The notes beneath the pieces are model-generated. The model was not told the origin of the DNA. It did no database searches and saw only the letters and a list, made by a program, of their open reading frames with translations. From contig JAXLNO010000252.1 in NCBI GenBank assembly GCA_038087875.1, positions 248,001 to 312,000 on the forward strand: a stretch of DNA of 64,000 nt. Direction: 5' to 3'. Position numbers and translations under genes: made by a program. Positions 24,600 through 36,374 of this stretch are shown piece after piece (position 1 is the first letter of the stretch; the number at the start of each line of letters is the position of its first letter). This DNA comes from Malacoraja senta. Its lineage: Eukaryota.

Positions 24600-24725
24600 A
24601 GGGAAGAAGGGTCTTGACCCGAACCGTTGCCTATTCCTTCGCTCCATAGATGCTGCCTCACCCACTGAGTTTCTCCAGCATTTTTGTCTACCTTCGATTC
24701 TCCAGCATCTGCAGTTCCTTGTTAA
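24600..24725 (+). mobile_element. Short interspersed repeat with Penelope-type hammerhead-like remnant
   Basis: GAAGAAGGGTCTTGACCCGAAC...GATGCTGCCT.ACCC.CTGAGTT.CTCCAGCA. Related copies at 34770-35095, 44303 and 50081-50200. Confidence 0.55.
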
Positions 24726-25026
24726 ACAGGCCAAGGTTGCAGGCGGGGAAGAAGCAGTTCCTGAACATGGAGCTCACGGTTTTCAGGCTCCTGCCCCTTC
24801 GTCCAGTTGGCAGCAGTGAGATGAGAGCGTGGCCAGGGTGGTGTGGATCTCTGGTGATGCCGGCTGCCATTCTGAGGGTCTCTGGACTCTGTTGACAAAC
24901 GCTGCTGCTGTTATTCACTCACTGCTTCAGATGAGGGGCTGAGAGAGAGGGTGAGAATGTAAATCTAAGCCACCACTGCCATCTACTGGGGGCGTTGTGT
25001 GTTGCGTTTGTCCAAATCTCCAAACA

Positions 25027-25380
25027 CAAGACATAGAAAAATAGGTGGAGGAATAGGCCATTCGGCCCTTCCAGCCATTCAATGTGATCATGGCTGATCA
25101 TCCCCAATCAGTACCCCGTTCCTGCCCTCTCCCCATATCCCCTGACCGCTATCTTTAAGAGCCCTATTTAACTCTCTCTTGAAAGTATCCAGAGAACCGG
25201 CCTCTGAGGCAGAGAATTCCACAGACTCTCCACTTTGTGAGAAGAAGTGTTTCCTCGTCTCCGTTCTAAATGGCCGACCCCTTATTCTTAAACTGTGGCA
25301 CCTGGTTCTGGACTCTCCCAACATCGGGAACATGTTTCCTGCCTCTAGCGTGTCCAAGCCCTTAACAATCTTATGTGTTT
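25027..25380 (-). mobile_element. Truncated CR1 3' end flanked by a direct repeat (TSD) CAAATCTCCAAACA
   Basis: Repeat at 25013-25026 and 25381-25394; internal LEAGNMFPMLGESRTR motif. Confidence 0.85.
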
Positions 25381-25554
25381 CAAATCTCCAAACATAAGAT
25401 CAGACCGGTAAATCAGTCAAGAGCGAGAGGGTCATGTCTCTCAGTCTGAACTGTGAATAACACTGAACACATGTCTACTAAACTGTGAGTGGTTTTACTG
25501 ACCTGGCAGTGCCCTTAATGTGGTTTGAAAATATATTTTGGAAATGCTAAAGTT

Positions 25555-25690
25555 GTGTTGCCTTTGGTTTGGAACTGCTAAAGCTGTGTTGCCTTTGGTT
25601 TGGAACTGCTAAAGCTGTGTTGCCTTTGGTTTGGAACTGCTAAAGCTGTGTTGCCTTTGGTTTGGATCTGCTGAAGCTGTGTTGCCTATT
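25555..25690 (-). repeat. About four copies of a 31-bp repeat TGCCTTTGGTTTGGAACTGCTAAAGCTGTGT, related to the satellite monomer
   Basis: Direct reading; shares TTGGTTTG..A..TGCTAAAG..G..TTGCC with the satellite reverse complement. Confidence 0.85.
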
Positions 25691-28600
25691 TAAAGTTGCC
25701 TTGACTAATTAAAGTTGCCGATCCTAATTGAAAAGTTGATTTGAGAATACAAAAGTTGCCTTGCCTAATTGAAAAGTTAGTTTGAGAATGCCAAAGTTGC
25801 CTTGCCTAATTGAAAAGTTGGTTTGAGAATGCAAAAGTTGCCTTGCCTAATTGAAAAGTTGGTTTGAGAATGCTTTGCCCGAATGAAAAGTTGATTTCAG
25901 AATGCCTTGCCTATTTGAAAAGTTGGTTTGAGAATGCAAAAGTACCCTTGCCTAATTGAAAAGTTGGTTTGAGAATGCTTTGCTTAATTGAAAAGTTGAT
26001 TTGAGAATGCCTTGCCTGATTGAAAAGTTGGTTTGAGACTGCAAAAGTTGCCTTGCCTAATTGAAAAGTTGGTTTGAAAATGCAAATGTTGCCTTGCCTA
26101 ATTGAAAAGTTGGTTTGAGAATGCTAAAGTTGCCTTGCCTAATTGAAAAGTTGGTTTGAGAATGTCAAAGTTGCCTTGCCCAATTGAAAAGTTTGTTTGA
26201 GAATGCTTTGCCTAATTGAAAGGTTGATTTGAGAATGCCTTGCCTGATTGAAAAGTTGGTTTGAGAATGCTAGTTGCCTTGCCTAATTGGAAAGTTGGTT
26301 TGAGATTGCAAACGTTGCCTTGCCTAATTGAAAAGGTGGTTTGAGAATGCTTTGCCTAATTGAAAAGTTGATTTGAGAATGCCTTGCCGAATTGAAAAGT
26401 TGGTTTGAGAATGCTAAGGTTGCCTTCCCTAAATAAGTTGGTTTGAGAATGCTAAGGTTGCATTGCCTAATTGAAAGGTTTGTTTGAGAATGCTTTGCCT
26501 AATTGAAAAGTTGATTTGAGAATGCCTTGCCTAATTGAAAAGATGGTTTGAGAATGCTAAGGTTGCCTTGCCTAATTGAAAAGTTGGTTTGAGAATGCTA
26601 ATGTTGCCTTGCCTAATTTAAAAGTTGGTCTGAGAATGCTAAGGTTGCCTTACCTTATTTAAAAGTTGGTTTGAGAATGCTAAAGTTGCCTTGCCTAATT
26701 GAAAAGTTGGTTTGAGAAGGCAAACATTGCCTGGCCTAATTGAAAAGATGGTTTGAGAATGCTTTGCCTGATTGAAAAGTTGATTTGAGAATGCCTTGCC
26801 TAATTGAAAAGTTGGTTTGAGAAGGCAAATGTTGCCTGGCCTAATTGAAAAGGTGGTTTGAGAATGCTTTGCCTGATTGAAAAGTTGATTTGAGAATGCC
26901 TTGCCTATTTGAAAAGTTGGTTTGAGAATGCAAAAGTTGCCTTGCCTAATTGAAAAGTTAGTTTAAGAATGCTTTGCCTAATTGAAAAGTTGATTTGAGA
27001 ATCTCAAAGTTGCCTTGTCTAATTGAAAAGTTGGTTTGAGAATGCCAAAGTTGCCTTGCCTAATTGAAAAGTTGGTTTGAGAATTCAAAAGTTGCCTTGC
27101 CTATTTGAAAAGTTGCTTTGAGAACGTAAAAGTTGCCTTGCCTAATTGAAAAGTGGGTTTGAGAATGCTAAAGTTGCCTTGCCTAATTGTAAAGTTGGTT
27201 TGAGAATGCTTTGCCTAATTGAAAAGTTGATTTGAGAATGCCTTGCCTAATTGAAAAGTTGGTTTGAGAATGCCAAAGATGCCTTGCCTAATTGTAAAGT
27301 TGGTTTGAAAATGCAAAAGTTGCCTCGCCTAATTCAAATGTTGGTTTGAGAATGCTAGTTGCCTTGACATTCAAAATTGAAAAGTTGGTTTGAGAATGCT
27401 AAAGTGGCCTTGCCTAATTGAAAAGTTGGTTTCAGAATGCCAAAGATGCCTTGCCTAATTGAAAAGTTGGTTTGAGAATGCCAAAGTTGCCTTGCCTAAT
27501 TGAAAAGTTGGTTTGAGAATTCAAAAGTTGCCTTGCCTATTTGAAAAGTTGTTTTGAGAATGCAAAAGTTGCCTTGCCTGATTGAAAAGTTGGTTTGAGA
27601 ATGCTTTGCCTGATTCAAAAGTTGATTTGAGAATGCCTTGCCTGTTTGAAAAGTTGGTTTGAGAATGCTAAAGTTGCCTTGCCTAATTGAAAAGTTGGTT
27701 TGAAAATGCAAAAGTTGCCTTCCTAATTGAAAAGTTGGTTTGAGAATGTTTTGCCTAATTGAAAAGTTGATTTGAGAATGCCTTGCCTAATTGAAAAGTT
27801 TGTTTGAGAATGCTAAGGTTGCCGAGCCTAATTGAAAAGTTGGTTTGAGAATGCTAAGGTTGTCTTGCCTAATTTAAAAGTTGGTTTGAGAATGCTAAGG
27901 TTGCCTTGCCTAATTGAAAAGTTGGTTTGAGAATGCCTTGCCTGATTGAAAAGTTGGTTTGAGAATGCTAAAGTTGCCTTGCCTTATTGGAAAAGTTGGT
28001 TTGAAAATGCTAAAGTTGCCTTGCGTTGCCTAATTGAAAAGTTGGTTTGAGAATGCTAAAGTTGCCTTGCCTAATTGAAAAGTTGGTTTGAGAATGCCAA
28101 AGTTGCATTGCCTAATTGAAAAGTTGGTTTGAGAAGGCAAACGTTGCCTTGCCTAATTGAAAAGGTGGTTTGAGAATGCTTTTCCTAATTGAAAAGTTGA
28201 TTTGAGAATGCCTTGCCTAATTGAAAAGTTGGTTTCAGAATGCTAAGGTTGCCTTGCCTAATTGAAAAGTTGGTTTGAGAATGCTAAGGTTGTCTTGCCT
28301 AATTGAAAAGTTGGTTTGAGAATGCTAAAGTTGCCTTGCCTAATTGAAAAGTTGGTTTGAGAATGCGAAAGTTGCCTTGCCTAATTGTAAAGTTAGTTTG
28401 AGAAGGCAAACGTTGCCTTGTCTATTGGAAATGTTGGTTTGAGATTGCAAACGTTGCCTTGCCTAATTGAAAAGCTGGTTTGAGAATGCTTTGCCTGATT
28501 GAAAAGTTGATTTGAGAATGCCTTGCCTAATTGAAAAGTTGGTTTGAGAATGCTAAGGTTGCCTTCCCTAAATAAAAGTTGGTTTGAGAATTTTAAGGTT

Positions 28601-31345
28601 GCCTTGCCTAATTGAAAAGTTGGTTTGAGAATGCTTTGCCTAATTGCAAAGTTGATTTGAGAATGCCTTGCCTATTTGAAAAGTTGGTTTGAGAATGCAA
28701 AAGTTGCCTTGCCAAATTGAAAAGTTGGTTTGAGAATGCCTTGCCTAACTGAAAAGTTGGTTTGAGAATGCCAAAGTTGCCTTGCCTAATTGAAAAGTTG
28801 GTTTGAGAATGCCAAAGTTGCCGTGCCTAATTGAAAAGTTGGTTTGAGAATGCAAAAGTTGCTTTGCCTATGAAATGTTGGTTTGAGAATACAAAAGTTG
28901 CCTTGCCTATTTGAAAAGTTGGTTTGAGAATACTTTGCCGAATTGAAAAGTTGATTTGAGAATGCTTTGCCTAATTGAAAAGTTGGTTTGAGAATGCCAA
29001 AGTTGCCTTGCCTAATTGAAAAGTTGGTTTGAGAATGCCAAAGTTGCCTTGCCTAATTGAAAAGTTGGTTTGGGAATGCTAACGTTGTCTTGCCTATTGA
29101 AAAGTAGGTTTCAGAATGCTAAAGTTGCCTTGCTTATTTGAAAAGTTGGTTTGAGAATGCAAACGTTGCCTTGCCTAATTGAAAATTGGTTTGAGAATGT
29201 TAAAGTTGCCTTGCCTAATTGAAAAGTTGTTTTGAGAAGAGATATGTTGCCTTGCCTAATTGAAAATTTGGTTTGAGAATGCTTTGCCTGATTAAAAGTT
29301 GATTTGAGAATGCCTTGCCTATTTGAAAAGTTGGTTTGAGAATGCAAAAGTTGCCTTGCCTAATTGAAAAGTTGGTTTGAGAATGCTTTGCCTAATTGAA
29401 AAGTTGATTTGAGAATGCCTTGCCTAATTGAAAAGTTGGATTGAGAATGCTACAGTTGCCTTGCCTAATTGAAAAGTTGGTTTAAGAATGCTAAGGTTGC
29501 CTTGCCTAATTGAAAAGTTGGTTTGAGAATGCCTTGCCTATTTGAAAAGTTGGTTTGATAATGCAAAAGTTGCCTTGCCTATTTGAAAAGTTCATTTGAA
29601 GAAGAGATAAGACGCCTCCTAGCAGGTAAACCAGATCACTTCCACCTGACGTGGTCTGCATTTATAGAATTATTACAAACATAGGGTGCAAAAATACTTT
29701 AAAACAAAATTGAGGTCAGTTAAGGGGGGATGATAGTTGAAGAGTTGGTATGTCCCATTTACATAATGCTCATAAAAATATTTGTTTCTCTCTTTTTCCT
29801 CTTTCTCTCTCTCTTTCTTTCCTAGAGTCTATTTCTTAACTCTTTTTCTTTTGTTTTCAATTTTGCTCTTATAGTGTCTTCGTCCTTTTTTGTTGTCACA
29901 TTTCCTACACTTTCACTTTTTCCTTCACTTTCTTCTTTCTTTCAATCTTTTCCATTTCTAGTGTAAAAAATAAATGGAGTACATTAATTGTAAGAAGATA
30001 TAAATGATGAGTACTAATGTATGTGGTTGTAATGTAATGTACTTCTAATAAATAAAAATAAAAATAAAAAAAAAGAAAAGTTCGTTTGAGAATGCTTTGC
30101 CTAATTGAAAGGTTAATTTGAGAATGCCTTGCCTAATTGAAAAGTTGGTTTGAGAATGCTGAGGTTGCCTTGCCTTATTGAAAAGTTGGTTTGAGAATGA
30201 TAAAGTTGCCTTGCCTAATTGAAAAGTTGGTTTGCGAATGCAAAAGTTGCCTTGCCTAATTGAAAAGTTGGTTTGAGAATGCTGAAGTTGCATTGCCTAA
30301 TTGAGAAGTTGGTTTGAGAATGCAAAAGTTGCCTTGCCTAACTGAAAAGTTGGGTTCAGAATTCAAAAGTTGCCTTGCCTAGTTGAAAAGTTGGTTTGAG
30401 AATGCGTTGCCTGATTGAAAAGTTGATTTCAGAATGCCTTGCCTATTTGAAAAGTTGGTTTGAGAATGCAAAAGTTGCCTTGCCTATTTGAAAAGTTGGT
30501 TTGAGAATGCTAAAGTTGCCTTGCCTAATTGAAACGTTCGTTTGAGAATGCTTTGCCCAATTGAAAGGTTGATTTGAGAATGCATTGCCTATTTGAAAAG
30601 TTGGTTTGATAAATCTTTGCCTAATTGAAAAGTTGATTTGAGTATGCCTTGCCAAACTGAAAAGTTGGTTTGAGAATGCTAAGGTTGCCTTGCCTAATTG
30701 AAAAGTTGGTTTGAGAATGCTAAAGTTGCCTTGCCTAATTGAAAAGTTGGTTTGAGAATGCTAAAGTTGCCTTGCCTAATTGAAAAGTTGGTTTGCGAAT
30801 GCTAAAGTTGCCTTGCCTAATTGAATAGTTGGTTTGAGAATGCTAAAGTTGCCTTGCCTAATTGAAAAGTTGGTTTGCGAATGCTAAAGATGCCTTGCAA
30901 AATTGAAAAGTTGGTTTGAGTATGCTTTGCCAAATTGAAAGGTTGATTTGAGAACGCCTTGCCTGATTGAAAAGTTTGTTTGAGAATGCTAAAGTTGCCT
31001 TGCCTAATTGAAAAGTTGGTTTGAGAATGCTTTGTCTAATTGAAAAGTTGATGTGAGAATGCCTTGCCTGATTGAAAAGTTGGTTTGAGAATGCTAAAGT
31101 TGCCTTGCCTAATTGAAAAGTTAGTTTGAGAATGCGAAAGTTGCCTTGCCTAATTGAAAATTGGTTTGAGAATGCTAGAGTTGCCTTGCATAATTGAAAA
31201 GTTGGTTTGAGAATGCAAGAGTTGCCTTTTCTATTTGAAAAGTTGGTTTGAGAATGCAAAAGTTGCCTTGCCTAATTGAAAAGTTGGTTTGAGAATGCCT
31301 TGCCTAATTGAAAAGTTGGTTTGAGAATGCCAAAGTTGCCTTGCC
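25690..31345 (-). repeat. Second array of the 41/32-bp satellite, inverted relative to 1-15720 and visibly more heterogeneous
   Basis: TTGCCTTGCCTAATTGAAAAGTTGGTTTGAGAATGCTAAAG tandem monomers. Confidence 0.97.
29594..30074 (+). mobile_element. 5'-truncated L1-like retrotransposon inserted in the satellite
   Basis: ORF2-like end FEEEIRRLLAGKPDHFHLTWSAFIELLQT* (TAG 29682-29684), T-rich 3' UTR, AATAAA-rich A tail, TSD GAAAAGTTC(A/G)TTTGA at 29585 and 30075. Confidence 0.75.
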
Positions 31346-31346
31346 G

Positions 31347-32166
31347 TCTATATAATTAAAAGTCTAATCTTGACCACTTCCTATTTGCGCTGTATATTGA
31401 TTTTAGGGAAAACGCTACTATGTAAGGCTGTGATTTTTGGCCATCTTACTCAGTGTCCCCCTCCGCTCATCAGGTGCCGACGATTTTTCCCATCGTTAAA
31501 AAATAAAAGAATTATTAGTGTTAAAAATGTTGAGATTCTCTCTCCTGTCAATCATGCCATGAAGGCCACGCCCCTTCTGTTGGGAGGGGAGAGGGACCAT
31601 AAAACCCAGAAGTGTGGGCGTGGCTCAGTCTCTGCAAGATGGAGGAGGGAGAGGTCATGACTCGCTGTCTTTAGTGGCCTTGCACCCTGCTTAAAATAAT
31701 ATGAAACTGCACTTGAATTTGTTGGCCTTGCACCCTGCTTGAAGTGGTAAGAAACTGCACTTGAATTTGGTGGCCTTGCACCCTGCTTGAAATGGTATGA
31801 AACTGCCCTTGAATTTGGTGGCCTTGCACCCTGCTTGAAGTGGTAAGAAACTGCACTTGAATTTGGTGGCCTTGCACCCTACTTGAAATGGAATTTCAAG
31901 GAATAGCCGTGAGTCAACTACCAGCCCACCAGCCGTGAGTGAGCTGCCAGCACAACAGGTTTGAGTGACAGAGCGGCCAGCCCAAGAATCCATTCGGCCC
32001 ACAATGTCCATACTAGTCCTCTGGAAACCAGTCCCTTCAACCCACAACACCCATACTGGCGCTCCAGAAAGCCCCCCCCCCTCACTGGCCACCAATATTG
32101 GAATTGGTGGAGAGGTAGAATATTGCGTTGGGGGACCAGCCATCCCGTGTGATGCTGGAACCCAAC
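31347..32166 (+). mobile_element. Putative non-autonomous Helitron-like element, 3' end incomplete
   Basis: Starts TCTATATAATTAAAA (TC + AT-rich 5' end), has an internal tandem repeat and a GC-rich 3' region. No terminal CTRR is seen. Confidence 0.4.
31675..31890. repeat. 48-bp tandem repeat, ~4.5 copies (TGGCCTTGCACCCTGCTTGAAGTGGTAAGAAACTGCACTTGAATTTGG)
   Basis: Direct reading; 16-aa periodicity in ORF 31671-31877. Confidence 0.92.
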
Positions 32167-32269
32167 TACCTGCACTCAGACCATAACCCTCCATTCCTTT
32201 CCTGTCCATATACCTATTGTATATGGACAGGAAAGGGTGGGGGAGGGGTACTGATTGTGGAAGGAGATT

Positions 32270-32700
32270 GAAAAGACTAGGCTTGTATTCACTGGAGTTT
32301 AGAAGGATGAGGGGGGGAGGTCTTATAGAAACATAAAATTATAAAAGGACTGGACAAGCTAGATGCAGCAAAAATGTTCCCAATGTTGGGCGAGTCCAGT
32401 ACCAGGGGCACAGTCTTAGAATAAAGGGGAGGCCTTTTAAGACTGAGGTGAGAACAAACTTTTTCACCCAGAGTTGTGAATTTGTGGAATTCCCTGCCAC
32501 AGAGGGCAGTGGAAGCCAAATCACTGGATGGATTTAAGAGAGAGTTAGATAGAGCTCTAGGGGCTAGTGGAATCAAGGGATATGGGGATAAGGCAGGCAC
32601 GGGTTATTGATTGGGGACGATCAGCCATGATCACAATGAATGGTGGTGCTGGCTCGAAGGGCCGAATGGCCTCCTCCTGCACCTATTGTCTATTGTCTGT
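32270..32700 (+). mobile_element. CR1 3' fragment
   Basis: GLYSLEFRRMRG motif and CTATTGT tail. Confidence 0.88.
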
Positions 32701-32739
32701 AACAGTTATAAAAACACAAGATACGAAACATGAATTGAA

Positions 32740-33040
32740 TTGAATAAATTTTATGAGCGATGTATATTCACATACAAGGAATTTGCCTTGGTGCTCCGCC
32801 CGCAAGTAAAACATGATATACCGTAGACAAATTAAAAATAGAACATTATAATTTAAACATGTGAAGAATGAAACAAAATACCAGAGCAAAAGGAGGCTAC
32901 AGGTTTTTGGTTATAGAGTAGAGCTACTACTCGTGGAAAAAAAGCTGTTATGTCTGGCTGTGGCGGCATTGACAGTCCAGAGTCGCCTTCCAGAGGGAAG
33001 TGATTCAAAGAGTTTGTGGCCAGAGTGAGAGGGGTCAGAG
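32740..33040 (-). mobile_element. 3' fragment of the Rex1/Babar-like LINE also seen at 36.4-37.1 kb
   Basis: Reverse complement of the HPGHKLFESLPSGR region and the AAGGCAAATTCCTTGTATGTGAATA tail. Confidence 0.75.
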
Positions 33041-33107
33041 ATTTCCGCGCTGTTTCTCGAAACTGAACTAAACTCTCCTGATTCTTGCGCCCCTCCCCCA
33101 CCCTCAC

Positions 33108-33265
33108 CTGTGATACTCGGCGAGGTAGAAGCGGTCTTGAATGAAGGTCTCTCTCTGACGGAGCAAGTCCTCGAACAACTCCTGCGATGAGCGCTTCAGG
33201 TTGAAGAAGATGGATCCAGCGGACCGCACAAACAGACTCTGAGCTGGCGAGTTCGACAGGTAAAC
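33108..33265 (-). CDS. Exon of a SOUL/heme-binding protein family gene (HEBP2-like, C-terminal half)
   Basis: ctgcag|GTTTAC...CACAG|gtgagg, 158 nt, open, phase 0->2. Encodes VYLSNSPAQSLFVRSAGSIFFNLKRSSQELFEDLLRQRETFIQDRFYLAEYH, matching the SOUL pattern VF....TVFVRSF.G....L...L......F....YYxAGY. Confidence 0.72.
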
Positions 33266-33294
33266 CTGCAGTGGATGAGAGGGGGGGGGGGTGG

Positions 33295-34730
33295 AAACAT
33301 AGAAAGCAAGTGCCGGAGTAGGCCATTAAGCCCCTCGAGCCAGCACCGCCATTCAATATGATCATGGCTGATCATCCACAATCAGTACCCCGTTCCTGCT
33401 TTCTCCCCATATCCCTTGATTCCATTAGCCCGAAGGGCTAAATCGAACTCTCTCGTGAATGGCATGTTGGCCTTCATAACAAGAGGATTTGAGTACAGGA
33501 GCACAGAGGTCCTTCTGCAGTTGTGCAAGACCCTAGTGAGACCACACCTGGAGTATTGTGTGCAATTTGTCTCCAAATTTGAGGAAAGACATTCTTGCTA
33601 TTGAGGAAATTCAGCGTAGGGTTACAAGGTTAATTCATAGAAACATAGACATAGAACATATAAAATAGGTACAGGGGGAGTCCATTCGGCCCTACGAGCC
33701 TGCACCGCCATTCAATATGATCATGGCTGATCATCCAACTCAGTATCCTGTACCTGCCTTCTCTACATACCCCCTGATCCCTTTAGCCACAAGGGCCACA
33801 TCTAACTCCCTCTTAAATATAGCCAATGAACTGGCCTCAACTACCTTCTGTGGCAGAGAATTCCAGAGATTCACCACTCTCTGTGTGAAACATGTTTTTC
33901 TCATCTCGGTCCTAAAGCATTTCCCCCTAATCCTTAAACTGTGACACCTTGTTCTGGACTTCCCCAACATCGGGAACAATCTTCCTGCATCTAGCCTGCC
34001 CAACCCCTTAAGAATTTTGTAAGTTTCTATAAGATCCCCCCTCAATCTTCTAAATTCTAGCGAGTACAAGTCGAGTCTATCCAGTCTTTATTCATACTCC
34101 CGGGATGGCGGGACGGTGATATGCTGAGAGAATGGAGCGGCTGGGCTTGTATACTCTGGAGTTTAGAAGGATGAGAGGGCATGTTATTGAAACATATAAG
34201 ATTATTAAGGGTTTGGACAGGCTAGATGCAGGAAACATGTTCCCGATGTTGGGGGAGTCCAGAACCAGGGGCCACACAGTTTAAGAATAATGGGTAAGCC
34301 ATTTAGAACGGAGACGAGGAAACACTTTTTCTCACAGGGAGTGGTGAGTCTGTGGAATTCTCTGCCTCAGAGGGCGGTGGAGGCCGGTTCTCTGGATACT
34401 GTCAAGAAAGAGCTATATATGGCTCTTAAAGATAGAGGAGTCTGGGGATTTGGGGAGAAGGCAGGAACGGGATACTGATTGTCTATTGAACACATCCAGT
34501 GAATTGGCCTTCACTGTCTTCTGTGGTAGAGAATTCCACAGTTTCAATAGGGAAAAGGTTTTTTTATCATCTCAGTCCTAAATAGCCTACCCCTTATTCT
34601 TAAACTGTGTGAGCCCTGGTTCTGGACTCCCCCAACAGCGGGAACATTTTTCCTGCATCTAGCCTGTCTGATCCCTTAATAATTTCATATGTTTCTATAT
34701 AATCCCCACTCATCCTTTTAAATTCCAGTG
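33295..34730. mobile_element. Mosaic of nested CR1 3' fragments in both orientations
   Basis: ORFs 33416+, 33740- and 34290+ carry CR1 C-terminal motifs. Confidence 0.88.
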
Positions 34731-34769
34731 TATTGGCTTTTAGACGAAGGCGATGTTGGGGCCAAACGT

Positions 34770-35095
34770 AAACGTCACCTATCCATGTTCTCCACAGATG
34801 CTGCCTGACCCGCTGAGTTTCTCCAGCACTCTGTTAAACGTCAGATATCCATATTCTCCACAGATGCTGCCTGACCCGCTGAGTTACTCCAGCACTCTGT
34901 GAAACGTCACCTATCCATGTTCTCCACAGATGCTGCCTGACCCGCTGAGTTACTCCAGCACTCTGTGAAACGTCACCTATCCATGTTCTCCACAGATGCT
35001 GCCTGACCCGCTGAGTTACTCCAGCACTCTGTGAAACGTCACCTATCTATGTTCTCCACAGATGCTGCCTGACCCGCTGAGTTACACCAGCACTT
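34770..35095 (+). repeat. Five-copy 66-bp tandem repeat derived from a short interspersed element
   Basis: AAACGTCACCTATCCATGTTCTCCACAGATGCTGCCTGACCCGCTGAGTTACTCCAGCACTCTGTG; period 66. Confidence 0.92.
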
Positions 35096-35204
35096 TGTGT
35101 CTATCTTTGTCTTTTGCTGTGTTGTCCCCAGGATGGGGGTCTTGTGGAAAGCCTGAAGGTCTCTCGGGATGCTGAGACCACCCTGTAGCCCTTCCGTAAG
35201 TCAT

Positions 35205-36365
35205 TGGATCAGAATTAGGCCATTCGGCCCATCAAGTCAACTCCACCACTCAATCATGGCTGATCTATCTCTCCCTCCAAACCCCATTCTCCTGCCTTCC
35301 CCCCGTAAACCCCCTGACACCCGTACTATAGACAATTGATAATAGGTGCAGGAGTAGGCCATTCGGACCTTCGAGCCAGCACCACCATTCAATGTGATCA
35401 TGGCTGATCATCCACAATCAGTACCCCGTTCCTGCCAGCTGATTCCCCCCAGCTGATATAACCATATAACCATATAACAATTACAGCACAGAAACAGGCC
35501 ATCTCGGCCCTTCTAGTCCGTGCCGAACACTTACTCTCACCTAGTTCCATCTACCTGCGCTCTGACCATGACCCTCCATTCCTTTCCCGTACATATACCT
35601 ATCCAATTTATTTGTAAATGATAAAATCGAACCTGCCTCCACCACTTCCACTGGAAGCTCATTCCACACAGCTACCACTCTCTGAGTAAAGAAGTTCCCC
35701 CTCATGTTACCCCTAAACTTTTGTCCCTTAATTCTCAAATCATGTTCTCTTGTTTAAATCTTCCCTACTCTCAATGGGAAAAGCTTATCCACGTCAACTC
35801 TGTCTATCCCTCTCATCATTTTAAAGACCTCTATCAAGTCCCCCCTTAACCTTCTGCGCTCCAAAGTATAAAGACCTAACTTGTTCAACCTTTCTCTGTA
35901 ACTTAGTTGCTGAAACCCAGGCAACATTCTAGTAAATCTCCTCTGTACTCTCTCTATTTTGTTGACATCTTTCCTATAATTTGGTGACCAGAATTGTACA
36001 CCATATTGCAGAATTGGCCTGTATTCACATACAAGGCGAGTACAGGCCCAGTGCCGTCACTTATTGGCCAAGTATTCACATACAAGGAATTTGCCTTGGT
36101 GCTCCGCCCGCAAGTGACAACAGGACATACAGTGACAGTGACAGTGGCTGATCTATCTCTCCCCCCTAACGCCATTCTCCTTCCTTCTCCCCATAACCTC
36201 TGACACCCGCACTAATCAAGAATCTATCTATCTCTGCCTTAATAAATATCCACTGACTTGTGGCCTCCACAGCCTTCTGTGGCAAAGAATCCCACAGATT
36301 CACCACCCTCTGACTAACGTAATTTCTCCTCATCTCCTTCCTAAAGGAACGTCCTTTAATTCTCA
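35205..36365 (-). mobile_element. CR1 3' fragments of several subfamilies
   Basis: FFTQRVVAVWNELP motif; repeated GGCCATTCGGCCC 3' UTR ends. Confidence 0.85.
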
Positions 36366-36374
36366 GGCTGTGAA

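Noticed and set aside
21125..24734. Long Pro/Ser/Leu-rich and Gly/Glu/Arg-rich ORFs
   Set aside because: Translations of polypurine/polypyrimidine tracts; only the embedded signal-peptide exon at 22044-22104 is supported.
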